A stretch of DNA of 63,538 bases, counting the filler, from Circinaria calcarea (Eukaryota): the NCBI GenBank assembly GCA_051942165.1. It is 23 parts of 23 records of this genome, joined end to end, with 100 filler letters (N's around TTAATTAATTAA, not from the genome) between each part and the next. Parts side by side here need not be neighbours in the genome. Positions count along the whole stretch, not along the records: positions 1 to 2,684 come from JAVECS010003333.1; positions 2,785 to 5,465 come from JAVECS010003334.1; positions 5,566 to 8,243 come from JAVECS010003335.1; positions 8,344 to 11,019 come from JAVECS010003336.1; positions 11,120 to 13,794 come from JAVECS010003337.1; 18 more parts are not named here. One strand, given 5' to 3'. The notes under the pieces were generated by a model that saw only the letters and a list, made by a program, of their open reading frames with translations, had not been told where the DNA came from and searched no databases. Both the position numbers and the translations under genes were made by a program. Shown here one piece after another: positions 1 through 12,515 of this stretch (position 1 is the stretch's first letter; the number at the start of each line of letters is the position of its first letter).

Positions 1-600
1 ATATATAATTTTTCCCCATGATTATTATTATTAAGTTTTTTAATCCTAATTTATTTATTAATTAATTAATTTATAATTTTAATTAAAATACGGTGTATTT
101 TGTTAGGCCCTACGGTTAGGGGGTGGCGATACCTCGTTTAATTAGCGTTTTGGTGTATAATGAAAACCTTTCACTCGCATACTTTTTCCTCTGTAATAAT
201 TAGTTCTCGCATACACTGCGTATAGCCATCGAATTGCTCGTGCCTCATATTACCACATACCTTAGCTTTAGATACTTTATAAATAAAGTATTCTACGGCC
301 TTACATATTTCTAATAGCTAATTATTATAATTATAGTTATAGTATTTAATAAAACTTAACGTAATAATAACAGAGTATATTTCTATTAATAAAACGTAAT
401 TAATTAATTAATTTTCAATATAATAATAATTCCACCAATAGGTCGTGTAGTAACATTTATTTATATTATTTAATTATTTTTATTAAATAAAAATTTATAA
501 ATATATATAATATTAAAATTGTTTATATTTTTATATTTGCGTGCTCGTCGTATATATAACACACCGTTAAGCCTAAACGGGTTTATAGGGGGGAATTTTA
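1..600. repeat. AT-rich, TpA-rich block, probably a RIP-degraded repeat
   Basis: Strong AT/TpA enrichment, no ORF, abrupt switch to balanced composition near 600. Confidence 0.6.
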
Positions 601-758
601 ATACTCGGTAAAGCAAGGGAGCAGGAAAAAGAGGGGTTGCAGCAGTTTCCTTGCCTGCAGCCTGCTAGTGCTGGATGGTGTACCATGGATGTTATTAGAC
701 TGCAGGTATGACAAAGAGAAGAGCAGTATTAAAACAGAAGAACCTCCCATCCCCGTTG

Positions 759-2076
759 CTAAGCTCCCTCCTCTTCACTTTCTTCCGCCCCTGCTTGACC
801 CACCACCTCTTCTTTCTCGTCCCGTAACCGAACCGCCAAAGATAAGGTAAGGTCATTCTCCTCTTCTAGTGAGCGGGAAGGGCAGCCGTCAGCTGTCTCA
901 AAAGTGGTGTTTTCATAGAATGCCTCGGGCCAATAGAGGTCAGAGACCTTCCGCGCCAACGTAAGTAACATAGACTGCCGCAAGTATGGTCCTGGCGAAG
1001 CCCAGATCATGCCTCTGCTCTCGACTTCGGTAACCCATTCAACATTCCCGGCCTGCTTGCAATGGAGGTAGGTGATGACGAATCGGAAATACAAGAACCG
1101 ACGGGCAGGCCGGTTGGCGCTTAAGAAAACGAGTTTTTTACCGTCCACATCCTGTAATAGTGAGAAGGTGTTGTTTATCAGTTGAAGGTTAAACATACTC
1201 TCCAACTCATCCCTTGAAAAATCATATTATTCCTCTTCCGCTTCTCTGTGACGACGCACTTCCACACAGTCTCTTCACGTCCTTCTTGCAGTACAGGTAC
1301 CAGAACGATAAGGCCTGAGCCTAGACCTAATTCGATGGTCTTCTCAAGAGTGATGGCTACAAAACTAGTTAGTAAATTCTCCCTAAAACCCGTGTTTGAG
1401 TTCATAACCTACAATTTCGGGGGTCAGAGAGTACTGCCTCGCCCACCCCAAAAAGGTATGAGCTCTCTTCTGATTGCAATGACTTCGGTACGATATGCGC
1501 CGCTGTGACGTACTTTTCCGGGTGCCATCCACTAAGATGACAATATAAAAGCGTTTGGGGATCTTCGTCTGCGTCCACCACCTTTGATGCATTGTAATAC
1601 TGAACGGCGTTTGATTTGAACCAAGACTGGTTAGACTTATATTTTTTCTGCTTCCCGAATGGTGCCATCCCCTTGGATGCAATAACACAAGCATACGCGT
1701 CTTCCGGCTTCGAATGCGAAGGTTTCTCATCCTCGAGATCCTCTTTGACGATCTTCTTTTGCCGCTTAAGTACAACCATCTCCTTGGTACAGTCTCTGTC
1801 CCTGACTTCTACATCAACTATGGCTCCGTCGTATTGGTTTTTCATAAGGAGGCCATCCTTGTATGCCTCAGTCAAAAGATTGCGGAGTTTCTGCTAGCAT
1901 TCTAAGCTTAGACACGTGTCTACAATCTTCGCTTCTATAAACTCAGATGCAGACGATGCTGTTGATAGTTGAGATGCTGAACTGATTTTTCTTTTTTTAA
2001 CTTCGTCGAGGATCTGTCTTTGGAGTGATTCTAGTAGCGAGTAATATCGGTCGGGAATTTGTGCTGTAGACATCAT
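759..2076 (-). pseudogene. Fungal HNH endonuclease (HNH_2-type) gene with two introns (1357-1412, 1152-1198) and one in-frame TAG at 1894-1896
   Basis: Motifs YCHLSGW...TAAHIVPKSL...SDPRN-SITLEKTIE and WR-DVDGKKLVFLSANRPARRFLYFRF join through canonical GT..AG introns. ORFs 1894-2076 and 1402-1875 share a frame, separated by a single TAG. Confidence 0.75.
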
Positions 2077-2684
2077 AGGGTAAGATAAGTATGCAACGGA
2101 ATTAAAAAGGAAGGCTGCGGAGGCAAAATTATAGCGAAAGACTCCAGGTAGTCGGTATTAAAATCCAAACCCGTCCGAGCGACGGCACGCAGGCTAAATA
2201 ACTAGCGTTAAGTAAATTTGTGTAAAGAGAGAAGTTTCATATATACATTAGGGTTCGCTTCGACATTCTCCCTCGGAGAACGGCGGGGTGCTGCAGTATA
2301 ATCAGAGTTGGATGGATGGACAAAGCATGGACAGCACAATGGCTCTAATATGCAAAGTCTTTTCCAATTTTAGGGGAAAATTCGGGATTTTGGAGAGACT
2401 GGGAGAGAAACGAGTAAAATCTGAGCTGTGAGCTCCGCTTTTCTCTTCCCCCCCCAAATAACTGCGGGAACCGTCTGAGGGGATGTGTGGAAAGAAAGAA
2501 AGAAAGAGAAAAAAGTCATTCACCACGCAAATTCTGAATATCATACCCGGGCAATGTGTAACAACACCTCATAAGTTGTGGCTGGCTATGAGCTATGATC
2601 TATCTACCTCAACATAACCTTCACCCTAACATCCCCTCTTGCCTCTTTCCTATCCGTCCCCTCCTTCCCCTGCCCCTTCCATAC

Positions 2685-2784
2685 NNNNNNNNNNNNNNNN
2701 NNNNNNNNNNNNNNNNNNNNNNNNNNNNTTAATTAATTAANNNNNNNNNNNNNNNNNNNNNNNNNNNNNNNNNNNNNNNNNNNN
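2685..2784. other. Artificial contig-joining linker (44 N + TTAATTAATTAA + 44 N). It recurs 22 times; the other starts are 5466, 8244, 11020, 13795, 16570, 19344, 22116, 24886, 27655, 30420, 33185, 35950, 38714, 41477, 44237, 46996, 49755, 52513, 55270, 58027, 60783
   Basis: Identical 100-bp spacer with stops in all six frames. Flanking segments fall steadily from 2684 to 2656 bp and genes are cut at the linkers. Confidence 0.99.
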
Positions 2785-3399
2785 ATTTCTCGCGGCACTC
2801 CCCACCTCTGACATAGCTGCTGTACTTGTGCTGGTGCACGGCTCGCTATGCTATCCAAAGCTGGTGAGTTTGGGGGATAAAAGTTTTGCAAGCCTTTCTC
2901 CTGGATGGTTGCTTGCAAAAGGTGCTTATATTGCGCCACTTCCTGTGGGCCACCCGGCTGGCCTTGTGGGGCACCATATTGTTGACCACCTTGAGGAGGA
3001 TACTGCCCCTGCGGAGCACCCTGAGGGTACTGACCACCCTGGCTCTATACCGATGAGGAGTTAGTTGACACGTACAAAATTTACAAACAAATTGAGCGAT
3101 CAACAAACATAGCTGGGCCCTGGTGCCTGAGGATAAGATGATTGGGGTGGGTATTGTGGTGCGGCAGGCTGTCCATACAATTGTCGCTGAGGGTAACCGC
3201 CGTACGATTGTGGAGGTGGGGGAGGCGGTCTGCTGTAGCCTTGTGATCCTGGATTATAGGGAGGCTGCTGGCCATAAGCAGGCGGTTGGCCTGGTGGAGG
3301 GTGCTGGTAGCCTTGACCGTACGGCGGTTGCGGAGACGTCGGATACGGGGGTTGCGCGTTGTATTGTCCGGGATACTGTTGGAAAGGCCGTTGCGTCAT
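2785..3399 (-). CDS. Pro/Gln/Tyr-rich N-terminus of a conserved vWA-domain protein (RfeF-like), 3' truncated; intron 3045-3108
   Basis: QYPGQ/PPYGQ low-complexity region followed by the conserved block QEKGLQNFYPPNSPALDSIASRAPAQVQQLCQRWGVPRE. Confidence 0.6.
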
Positions 3400-5965
3400 T
3401 GCGACAGCGAGCCTCAGCGATGTAATGGTCGAGGAAATCGATGGTGGTCCGCCGAGTTGGGATGAAAGTCGAGTCGCATGAAAAGAGTAATGAGAATGAT
3501 GCTTACTGGGTTGGCACCGGGATAAGGTTGATATTGACCTTGTCCGGGCTAAGAAGGCTTAGCATGTAGGCAGCTGAGCCTTGGGACAGGGTCGTCATAC
3601 GTAGCCCCCAGGCTTCTGCGCACCGCCCGCTTGCAATTGGGGAGGATATCCACCTTGACCTTGAGCGGCTGCGAGCTTCGAAGCAAGCTATAAAGGTGGA
3701 ATTGTCAGTTGTGCGTTTGACTTGCGTGGACTGTAAAATACGATTCCAGCTTCAAATGGCGGGGTTTGGAGGGGTAAGAGCGTGAGATTTGGGAGACACT
3801 TACACCCATCTTCTGCTTTGCTAATGATCCCCATTTGGTTCAGTAATTTCATCCGAAGTCGTTGAAGAGGAATTGATGGGATGGAACTCACCTTTTGACA
3901 AGACGTATACGAGCAGCGATTATCTCAACTTTGAATAAAGCGCACTGCAGGAAATTATATATATGTCTTCAATGCTGACTTCGTGGGACGGGACAGAAGC
4001 AGCTGAAAAGGACACTTTCTTTAGCGCCTCACCCCCTGCTCTCGAGCGCGCCGCTGCTTCTCGATCCGATGACTTCCGTAGGCAACCGCGAGGCACAATC
4101 GCATGAGTATGCCATGCCATATGTGGTGCCAACCGTGAACAGGAAGCCCGACCCATGGGATGCTGGCCACATGGCACAAGATAAGTGCTCAGCGATAAGA
4201 GAGGGGATTTAGCGTTGGAAGTTTAAGAGCTTCGACGTAGTGGAGTTGGTCGAAATGGGACAGCCATGAATGCCTTATCCTGCGTCGGAAAGTCTCCTCT
4301 ATGCCTCGTTAAACTTCATTCAACGATTTCTGCAGAGCAATATGCAAGGTATTCGGATTAAGAGTTGATAAAGACAACAGGGTACCCTTCCACAGGACCT
4401 ACCATGTCTTGGGACCCACCCACAAGTCTTTCCACGAATACCCCTTGAGATTTTATACGTACCGTTCTCTTCCTTCAAAAGGTGAATCCTTTGCTATTGG
4501 ACCTCTACCGCTTTCAGTGCCTGGTATAGTTGTTTTCACCACATTACTCTATTTAGAATAGGTCATTAAAAAGGTAGTTTGGCAATGTCATCCACTTTGC
4601 AGCCTGGCCAGTACTTTTCACTTTCTGCGAACTACCAGCAGCTCACAAATCTCCTCCTTTATTTGGTGAATCTCGCATGCTCAAGGAAATCTCAAGGAAT
4701 TCAAGGGTTCCACTTGCTTAGAGACGCTTTCAAGCATTAGAGAGAGAGACATGGAAAGAAACGACTAATCGATGCTAAATCTCACTGTACATACCCGGAG
4801 TCTAACTCTGCAAAGCCCTGTCCACTCGTTACAAACACACATACCAGCAGGTACCCTTCTCTGGCATTGAATCTCATCTTATATCTGAAAAACCCCCAGA
4901 GACCGTGGTCGACTCATTTATATCAACCTAGATACCGATCAAAGCATTCGTAGGATTGTCCTGTGGGCGGCTAACATGTGATGAAGGTTTTTGACATTTG
5001 TAAAAAAAATCAGCCTGTGCAACAGATCTATCGTCAGTAAATTTAGATATATGACCATATTCGAGCAATACTGTACAATAATAGTGATCTTTAATCCCAA
5101 GGATCCCTGTCGTTCCTTCCGCAGGGTAGATGCACGCGGAATAAGGCCGGCCCGGACGCATGAACCTACAGGGGGATTCGTCTGCGAATGACACTCACAA
5201 CACACTCCGGAGTCCCTCGAAGCCTACAATATTGCCAACGCCCTTGAACAGCTTATTTTCATTCCAACCAAGAATCCGGCATGAAGGCTCGAGGGTCATC
5301 TGTATGAACAATTTGACCAGAGACATCCGACCGGCAAAGCTTCACTTGGTGGATTTTTGGCTGCTTCCTCGGTACTTGACCTAAGGAATGGGGAACCTTT
5401 GTACTTCGTGTTGCAGAGGTACGGAACTGGGTTCTCATTGCTTCGTCACTATGCTGATACCATATNNNNNNNNNNNNNNNNNNNNNNNNNNNNNNNNNNN
5501 NNNNNNNNNTTAATTAATTAANNNNNNNNNNNNNNNNNNNNNNNNNNNNNNNNNNNNNNNNNNNNAAGGAAGGGGGGGTTGAGAGGGAGGAGGGAAGGGG
5601 GTGGAAAGCGGAATGAGAAAAGGAATTATGCTTTTCCTTTTTTTTCCCTTTTTAATTCTTCTTTCGGGTGGACATCAGGGGCCGCAAGGGAGGTTGCCCT
5701 TCGTCTGAACATTCCATGTACAAATCACGTAGGGTATATATACAACCTATAGCAAAGTAACTATCTATCTGCAAACCAAGCCAGCCAGCTCACGCGGGAC
5801 AAATCTCAAGCACCGGAAAAGTTACCCTGCACTCACTCATGGATGAACAAGGGTAGAATTGTAATCTACAAGAAATAGAAAAATGGTGGGAATAATTCCA
5901 TGGTGGGAATAATTCCCATGGGAACCGTCAGGGCGAGAAGGAGGAATACGAATGCTCAATCTCCC

Positions 5966-8243
5966 TCAGTCCATTTCCCCCTCCAAAACCCTCCTCGCAG
6001 CATCGACCCTCCTCCTCCAAACCCGCCTCTCATACCTGCTCTTTCCATTCCCATTCCCGCTCCCGCTCCCTCCAATCTCATCGCACAGCTCCTTACACAC
6101 AGTTTGCAACTGAGCAAGGAGACGCTCCACCAGCGCTAGATCCGTAGCGCCGAGTTTGGAATTGGAGGATGAGAGGAGGGTGTGAAGGACATGTGAAGGT
6201 GAAGAAGAAGAAGAAGAAGAAGGAGAAAAAGACTTGGAAGGTGAGGAGGACGATGTTCTCCGTGGTAAAGGTGAGGGAGGAAGCGGGAACGAGGAGGCGA
6301 GGGCTTGGGTGGGGGAGAAGGGAGGTGTTGGGTTGGAGTACTGGTGACGGGAAGCGGCGGGGAAGGTAAGGTAGGTGCCGTTCTGAACGCGTTGATCTTT
6401 GGAGGAATTAGCGCGTGGACGTCGACTGTCGGCTGGTTGGGATTGAGTGGAATTCCAAAGAGGGTGTTCTCGGTTGGTTTCGCTGTTCTCCGTAGCTGTC
6501 GCAAAGGTGGCCGTTGTGGAGATGGAGTCGACGCTGTTTTGTCGGAAATGGGAGGGGTTCTTCGAAGGAGATGTGCCATTTTTGGTTGGTAGATGAGGAA
6601 TATTTCTTGGAACTGCAGATGGTTCTGTCCAGGATTCGGGCTCGTTGGCTTTGGTGGTTTCGGCAGAGTCTGAAGAACTGTGACTATATCTTCGCTCGAG
6701 TTGCGTACGGCTTGGGGGCGTACGACCGGGGGTCAACATTCCACTGTGAAGAAAGAAATGCTCGTAATCGAAGGCGTCAGGGCGGTCTTCATGCTTTTCT
6801 TCGTGTGGAGATGGAAGTTCTTTTCTGACAAGGGGTTTGACAGGAGTGTTCGGACCTGGATTAAGATCGCGATTTGGTCTGTCATTAGGAACTGTTGTGA
6901 AATTGGGGTGTCCAAGTTTGCTTGAGCGCTTCTTGTTTCTAGTCGGTTCAGGATGCATCGAGCTGTCTCTGTCCTGCTGGTCCTGAGCCGGAGAAGCAGG
7001 TCCCTGTCTCGGTTGGGCATCTGCAGGCGCAATAGCTTGTATACTGTGATATTCGTCCTCTACAAGCCCTCCAGTCTCTACTGCTTGCTCACCAGGGGCA
7101 CTCTCCTCCGTCCAATTAGGCGCAACAGTAAATGGAGTCGGTGTTTTGAGCGTCTGCAAGCTGCGTCGTTGGAGTCTATCTTCACGGGTCCGTTGCTTCA
7201 AGGAGGTTACCTTTCCCCTTAGCTCCTGCATCTGCTCACGTAAATCTCGTAACTGCATGGTAGACCGTGATCGTGTCAACTCATTAGACTCTGTATGCTT
7301 TGAGCTAAAGTACGAGGTTTTAGGCGAGACCCGACCACGGCCACTCCGTCGAGATTCTTCACTCCCAAACGGGGATATTCCGTATGGAGAAGACATGTCC
7401 GGTGGGGTATCCCAAGGCGAGTTTTCTTCAAGCGGCCACAGCATGTCCTTTTGCCTAGTTACGCTATGGTTTAGGGAATCCAAAGATCTATCTTGGGACT
7501 CTCCATTGGCATCATTTACTGGGCGTTCTTCAGACTTGATGTTCACGCCGACCACTCCCATGGCACTGGACACTCGTCGTTGATCTCGTGTAGATCTTTG
7601 TTTCTCCGCTGAATCAGGTATCGAGGTTTCGCTAAAGTAACGTGAGTGTCCTGCAATGTTGCCAGGAGACCTAGCAGAACTGGTTCGCCGGGGGCTTGTG
7701 AGCGTCAAGTCCTGATGGTCTTTACTCCGATACTCTTGTAATGTACCAGGTATCCGGTGTGGCATTAGGTCTGTGGTAGCAGGTATTGTTGTGGAAGGTT
7801 GATTTTTGAGAGAATGACGTGCACGGCTGAGGTTGTCCTCCATCTCCTACCCGATGTATCAGCACTTGTATCACCCTAACAACGTGGCAATTAGGGTAAG
7901 AACGAACCAACAGTCTCTTCTTGGCATTGGCCAGAATCTCCTCTGCTCTATTGCTCAAGGCAGCGTGTGAAGTTGGATCTGTTTCATCTTCATTTGAAAG
8001 TGCACGTACATGGCCCGGTTCATTTGTTGGTCCTATACTGTTGTCAAAATCTGGCCCCGTGGGTGACGTTTGTTTATCGCCCTGACGCATGTTGTTGCTG
8101 CCACCAAATGCTTCGGCGCCGAGAGCACCCCAATCCACTGTACCAGCATCTCGAGGTGGGACGCCATCTGAAATTCTCATATCCTCTCCCCGTAGCCTTG
8201 ACGAGGGCTCGAGAGGAGGGCTCTGGCTTCGGGGACGAACACA
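5966..8243 (-). CDS. Conserved hypothetical Pezizomycotina coiled-coil protein, 5' truncated; intron 7847-7907
   Basis: 625-aa ORF plus an upstream exon. Blocks NRAEEILANAKKRLL-EMEDNLSRAR, QLRDLREQMQELRGKVTSLK and HEDRPDAFDYEHFFLHS look conserved. Confidence 0.75.
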
Positions 8244-8343
8244 NNNNNNNNNNNNNNNNNNNNNNNNNNNNNNNNNNNNNNNNNNNNTTAATTAATTAAN
8301 NNNNNNNNNNNNNNNNNNNNNNNNNNNNNNNNNNNNNNNNNNN

Positions 8344-9858
8344 ATGGGCACCATCCGGGACAACTCGCAAGACGTCAGCTCTTGTCGACATCGTCCTTGC
8401 TATATGTATGCAATACGGGATCGCTTTTTTACCGCGGAGCAGTGCGAATGTGGAGCCCAAGGCCGATGTAGACAGCAATGATGGACCATCGCAGGCCGGT
8501 GGTTTTACTGTAGGTGTCAAACGCTACTGACATGCGAATTAGAAAGTCCATCGATCACGACCTTGCAATGCCATATCTTTTCCGTCATCTACCTATGCAA
8601 CGCCTCTTTCCAAAATATGGCTCACAGTACTCTGGCTTTGGCAGTCCGGACCGCTCATATCTTAGGCCTTCACTTGGAGCCCCCGGAAGATATGCCACGG
8701 ACTCAAAGGGAGTTGCGGAAACGGCTGTGGTGGACGTTATATGCTTTGGAAAGCAAGACATGCATGGAGCATGGACGACCGTGGTCGACCCAGATATCCC
8801 AAGTAACCTGCAGTTTACCGGCTGACGATCACGAGCTAGCCCTGCTCTCAGGCTCCAATTTTGCCTTTGGCGAAAAGGTTACCCGATTCACTTACAGTTT
8901 ACAAACCATTAAAGTTATCCTGGCGGCTCGTGCAATCTACATCGCATTTTATGACAAGTGTGCTGATGTTTTTGGTGCAAACGACGGAAAAAGCTTGTAC
9001 AATGATCCTCAATCTCTAGAAACCTGTGCTGAATTCCTCTTGTCGAGTATGAAATGTCTTCAAATCTGGTTACACAATGTTCCAAACGCGTTGAAGACAA
9101 GAAGAAAAGGCGCCGGGGAACCTTTCTCCACGGACAGGTCAGCATTAGACGTGGAAGTATTCGCTCCGTTATGGCTTCAGCGCCAGCGACTATTGCTAGA
9201 ACTTCTATATCATAACCTTGCTATGAACCTCTACCGACCTTTTATCTGTTTCGCTCCCAAATCTACCTCCTGCACGCCGCTTGCCGAAGGGCACGCAATC
9301 TCGTGTGTCAATCATGCCATGGCTATTACCCATATCCTGCATCAAATACTCGTCGAAACGGACATTTTGAGTGGCTGGCACGAGGCATACCAATGGCAAT
9401 GGAACGCGACCCTCTCGATGATCGGGTTCATCTTAGCCTATCCCGTCACACCTTCCACTCCTTCGGCACGCAAAGCCATCAACAGCGCTATCGGTGTTTT
9501 CGAACATTTCGGAAATAACTTTGCTATTGCTACCAGTACGGCAAACGTGACACGCGACCTCACTGCCAAAGCCGATTTCCTCATTGATCGGTTTCGGATC
9601 AGTTTGACGACGCCGACTCCTTCGTTATCCAACACCACCGACGCTTTGCAGACCTATAACGCCCCCAAACCAAACAACAACCGCGTTAGTAACTCAGGTG
9701 TTATCTCCCAGCTAGAGGAGGAATCCTCCGCAATGGCTCAGAACGCGCAGGCGGACTCCATGGGCTTGACCTTCACGGTTGATTCATTTAATAGCTTCGA
9801 GCCGCTCTACGCGGGTAGCAGTTTCATGTCCGATACATGGACTTTCACCCAGGATTAA
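8344..9858 (+). CDS. Fungal-specific transcription factor (Fungal_trans / middle homology region, Zn2Cys6 class), 5' truncated, apparent frameshift near 8483
   Basis: LALAVRTAHILGLHLE...ELRKRLWWTLYALE...GRP motif in a 431-aa ORF. Confidence 0.85.
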
Positions 9859-11119
9859 CAGACTCAGCTGCCTCATCCATGGCTGACACAGAGCTGAGTG
9901 TCAGAATCTGAGGCTGGATGGAGCCTAGAAATGGGCCGAGCAGCCATAGCGGCTGCGGAGAAACAATTGGTGGGGTTTCGAACAGGCTCCTAAAACATCA
10001 TACATTGCCTCAAATACGTCAAAGACCAGAAAAAATGCTGCTACCTTTTCTTGATATCGATACCAGGCTGCTACCTTTCTCCTTCATTTGCGCTGGCCCT
10101 GGATGGATGCTAAAGAACAACACGCTGCAAAAGATAAAAAAAGTTGCAACCTGTTACGAAAAAATAAAATTCTCATATATCAAGTCGGGGATAATGAGCA
10201 ATGGAAGCATTATATCTACACTTACGCTCTCGCCCTCGCCTTCGCAACGATCGCCCCTTTTCTAGAAATATAGATCTCATTATTTAGATAAAGTTTTCAA
10301 AACTAAAGCGCAGCATAGTTCCAAATCTACGGGAGGAGCATTTTCGAGTGTGCAAGAACGAGCATTGTGTGCCTGGACAATGACGACCACGATGCTGGCA
10401 CTTTGCAGGAGGGCTTGAGACAGTGGTTGCTAAAGGGAGGGACCATTACGGGAGGCGTGGGGGAAGTGGACATTCCTAACAGCGACGCTCGTTTCTGGCA
10501 GGCGACATGGTTCAGGGTTATGTCTCGCCATCACCATCATATACTCTAGTCCCAAAAAGACATGCTATAACGGAGACATGGATCCCGTATCCTCATTGGG
10601 TGAAAACCATCGTTGCTCATTACCAGGCCCTAAATGTGCTCCAACACACCATCATAAAATCTCAGTTAGAGACGTCATTCCCCTCATGTCTCATCTTCTC
10701 ATCCTGCGTAACCCTTCCCAATTCCCCGCCTCCGTTGAATTCAGAATCCCTCATATGCTGATACTACAGCAGTGGTCTTTATCACTCGTACATCCCTTCC
10801 CAGCAGTGCAAAAATACACGCCCCGTATCCCCCGCTTACTTCTTCATCATACCACTCCCCACTCCGTAAACTCGAACTACAAAAACTCAGCTTTTCCACC
10901 TCCAAAATGCAATAATGTCCATCCCCACGACCCCGGGAACCCTAACCTCCCTCTCTTTGAGGTTATCAGATATCAAAAATCAAACAAGGAATAAGATAGA
11001 TAGATAGTGATAGTTCCCCNNNNNNNNNNNNNNNNNNNNNNNNNNNNNNNNNNNNNNNNNNNNTTAATTAATTAANNNNNNNNNNNNNNNNNNNNNNNNN
11101 NNNNNNNNNNNNNNNNNNN

Positions 11120-11314
11120 TTCAAGTTCTGCAGAATTCGATCCCGTAGGTCTATGAGAGGGTTTCCAGCGCTTCAGCTGTATCAAACTATCGTGCTTGGT
11201 AGGACCATAGGCGCAAATTATACTATCACTTCCTACATCCCATGCTGCCGCTGTAAGGAAAAGTCCATCTGGACTACTGAGTAACGAACGCCGAACGTTC
11301 CGTAAGTTACGCAT
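11120..11314 (-). CDS. IKI3: Elongator complex protein 1, N-terminal fragment
   Basis: Characteristic start MRNLRNVRRS...LTAAAWDVGSDSIICAYGPT; runs into the linker. Confidence 0.8.
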
Positions 11315-11477
11315 CCTTGATCAAGGTACTTGAGTTACCATACGAGGGAGATAATACTCATTCAGTTGGGTGAAAAGTGAGAATTACAACTTTAGCGAGC
11401 TTCACAAGACAGGTGAAGCTTAGCCCTGAATCTGTCTTGGCAATAATTTCCAGATAAGGGTCAAGTCTACGTTACTA

Positions 11478-12515
11478 GGCTCCCAATCCACACACACCCT
11501 AAATACATACATACACACCCTGATTATAATAGTAACACACCCCCCCGATTAGGCAATAGTAGACGTCATATTAGTTGAGACTTATATAGCTTAATCGCGC
11601 AAAATATCACGATGTATTAATCGGGGATTTACATTTAAATTCAGTGATGCTGCCATACAAACTGCTTTTTATTCTCCGACATTTAAATCGTAGTTTCTAA
11701 TGTCGTAATTACAGCTGAAAATTGATGAATGCGCCTCCAGCTACTGGCTGTACTGGCTGCACTGGCTTCGCTGTTACCACCGCTGCTATTCCACCCCTTC
11801 CACCTCTCCCACCTCTCCCACCACCCCGTGCTCGTCCTCCACGACTGCCACGGCCTCTAGCCCTTCCACCCCGTCCTCTGCCTGCCGTAGCATGTATTCC
11901 TGTGCCCCCTGTGTCCCCTGTATCTTCCATAGCTCCATCCACCCCTCCTGCACCTCCACGTCCATTTCCTCTTGCCCTGACACCGGTTCTGCCACGCTCA
12001 CCCCGCTCTACAAACTCCCAACCGGATGCTGCTCGTTGTGTTGAGTTCTGAGCGGCCGCGCGTGTTCTGGCCGGCCTACCACGACGTTGAATGACTAGAG
12101 GGTCGCCGATCTGTAATAGAGGGATGAGAATTGTCGGCATCCACAGCCAAAACAGCAGTGGATGACGACGGTTTCTCTAGGTTTTAACCGTAAGACAAAG
12201 AAAAAAGGAGGATGCAATACAGTTCCCGGAGGAATTGCGCAAAAAACTCAAGAAAATGTAGATAATAGGGATTCTGTCAACATCCAAAGCCAATTTGTAT
12301 GTGGAGGTTGGACTTTTCTTGGGTTGTTTGCGAAGATAAGAGTATGAACGCGAATATTCATGGGCGAAAATGCAAAGGTGAGTGTTGTGGGTTAAAAATC
12401 GCGTATTACTAGCTATGCCTAATATGACGTCTACTATTGCCTAATCGGGGGGGTGTGTTACTATTATAATCAGGGTGTGTATGTATGTATTTAGGGTGTG
12501 TGTGGATTGGGAGCC
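11478..12515. mobile_element. Non-autonomous Mutator-like (MULE) DNA transposon, 1038 bp
   Basis: Perfect 97-bp TIRs (11478-11574 and 12419-12515, GGCTCCCAATCC...GGATTGGGAGCC) flanked by the identical 9-bp TSD ACGTTACTA (11469-11477 and 12516-12524). Confidence 0.93.
11709..12140 (-). CDS. 143-aa ORF inside the MULE; resembles a MULE transposase C-terminal tail (AT-hook-like RRGRP, RGG repeats)
   Basis: IGDPLVIQRRGRP...NSTQRAASGWEFVE matches the remembered P-x-x-x-RGRP...STxRxxSxFExV tail of fungal MULE transposases. No DDE core. Confidence 0.5.
   Translation of the reverse strand: MPTILIPLLQIGDPLVIQRRGRPARTRAAAQNSTQRAASGWEFVERGERGRTGVRARGNGRGGAGGVDGAMEDTGDTGGTGIHATAGRGRGGRARGRGSRGGRARGGGRGGRGGRGGIAAVVTAKPVQPVQPVAGGAFINFQL

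Noticed and set aside
2729..2740. Regularly spaced TTAATTAATTAA palindrome as a CRISPR-like or biological repeat
   Set aside because: Always centred in N runs; it is a synthetic six-frame stop linker.
4928..5465. Cys-containing small ORF(s) as a secreted protein
   Set aside because: No signal peptide or family motif, and the gene structure cannot be supported.
5883..5923. 17-bp tandem duplication ATGGTGGGAATAATTCC
   Set aside because: Simple local slippage in a 3' UTR with no further structure.
11722..12051. Pro-rich plus-strand ORF inside the MULE
   Set aside because: Antisense shadow of the Gly/Arg-rich minus-strand ORF.
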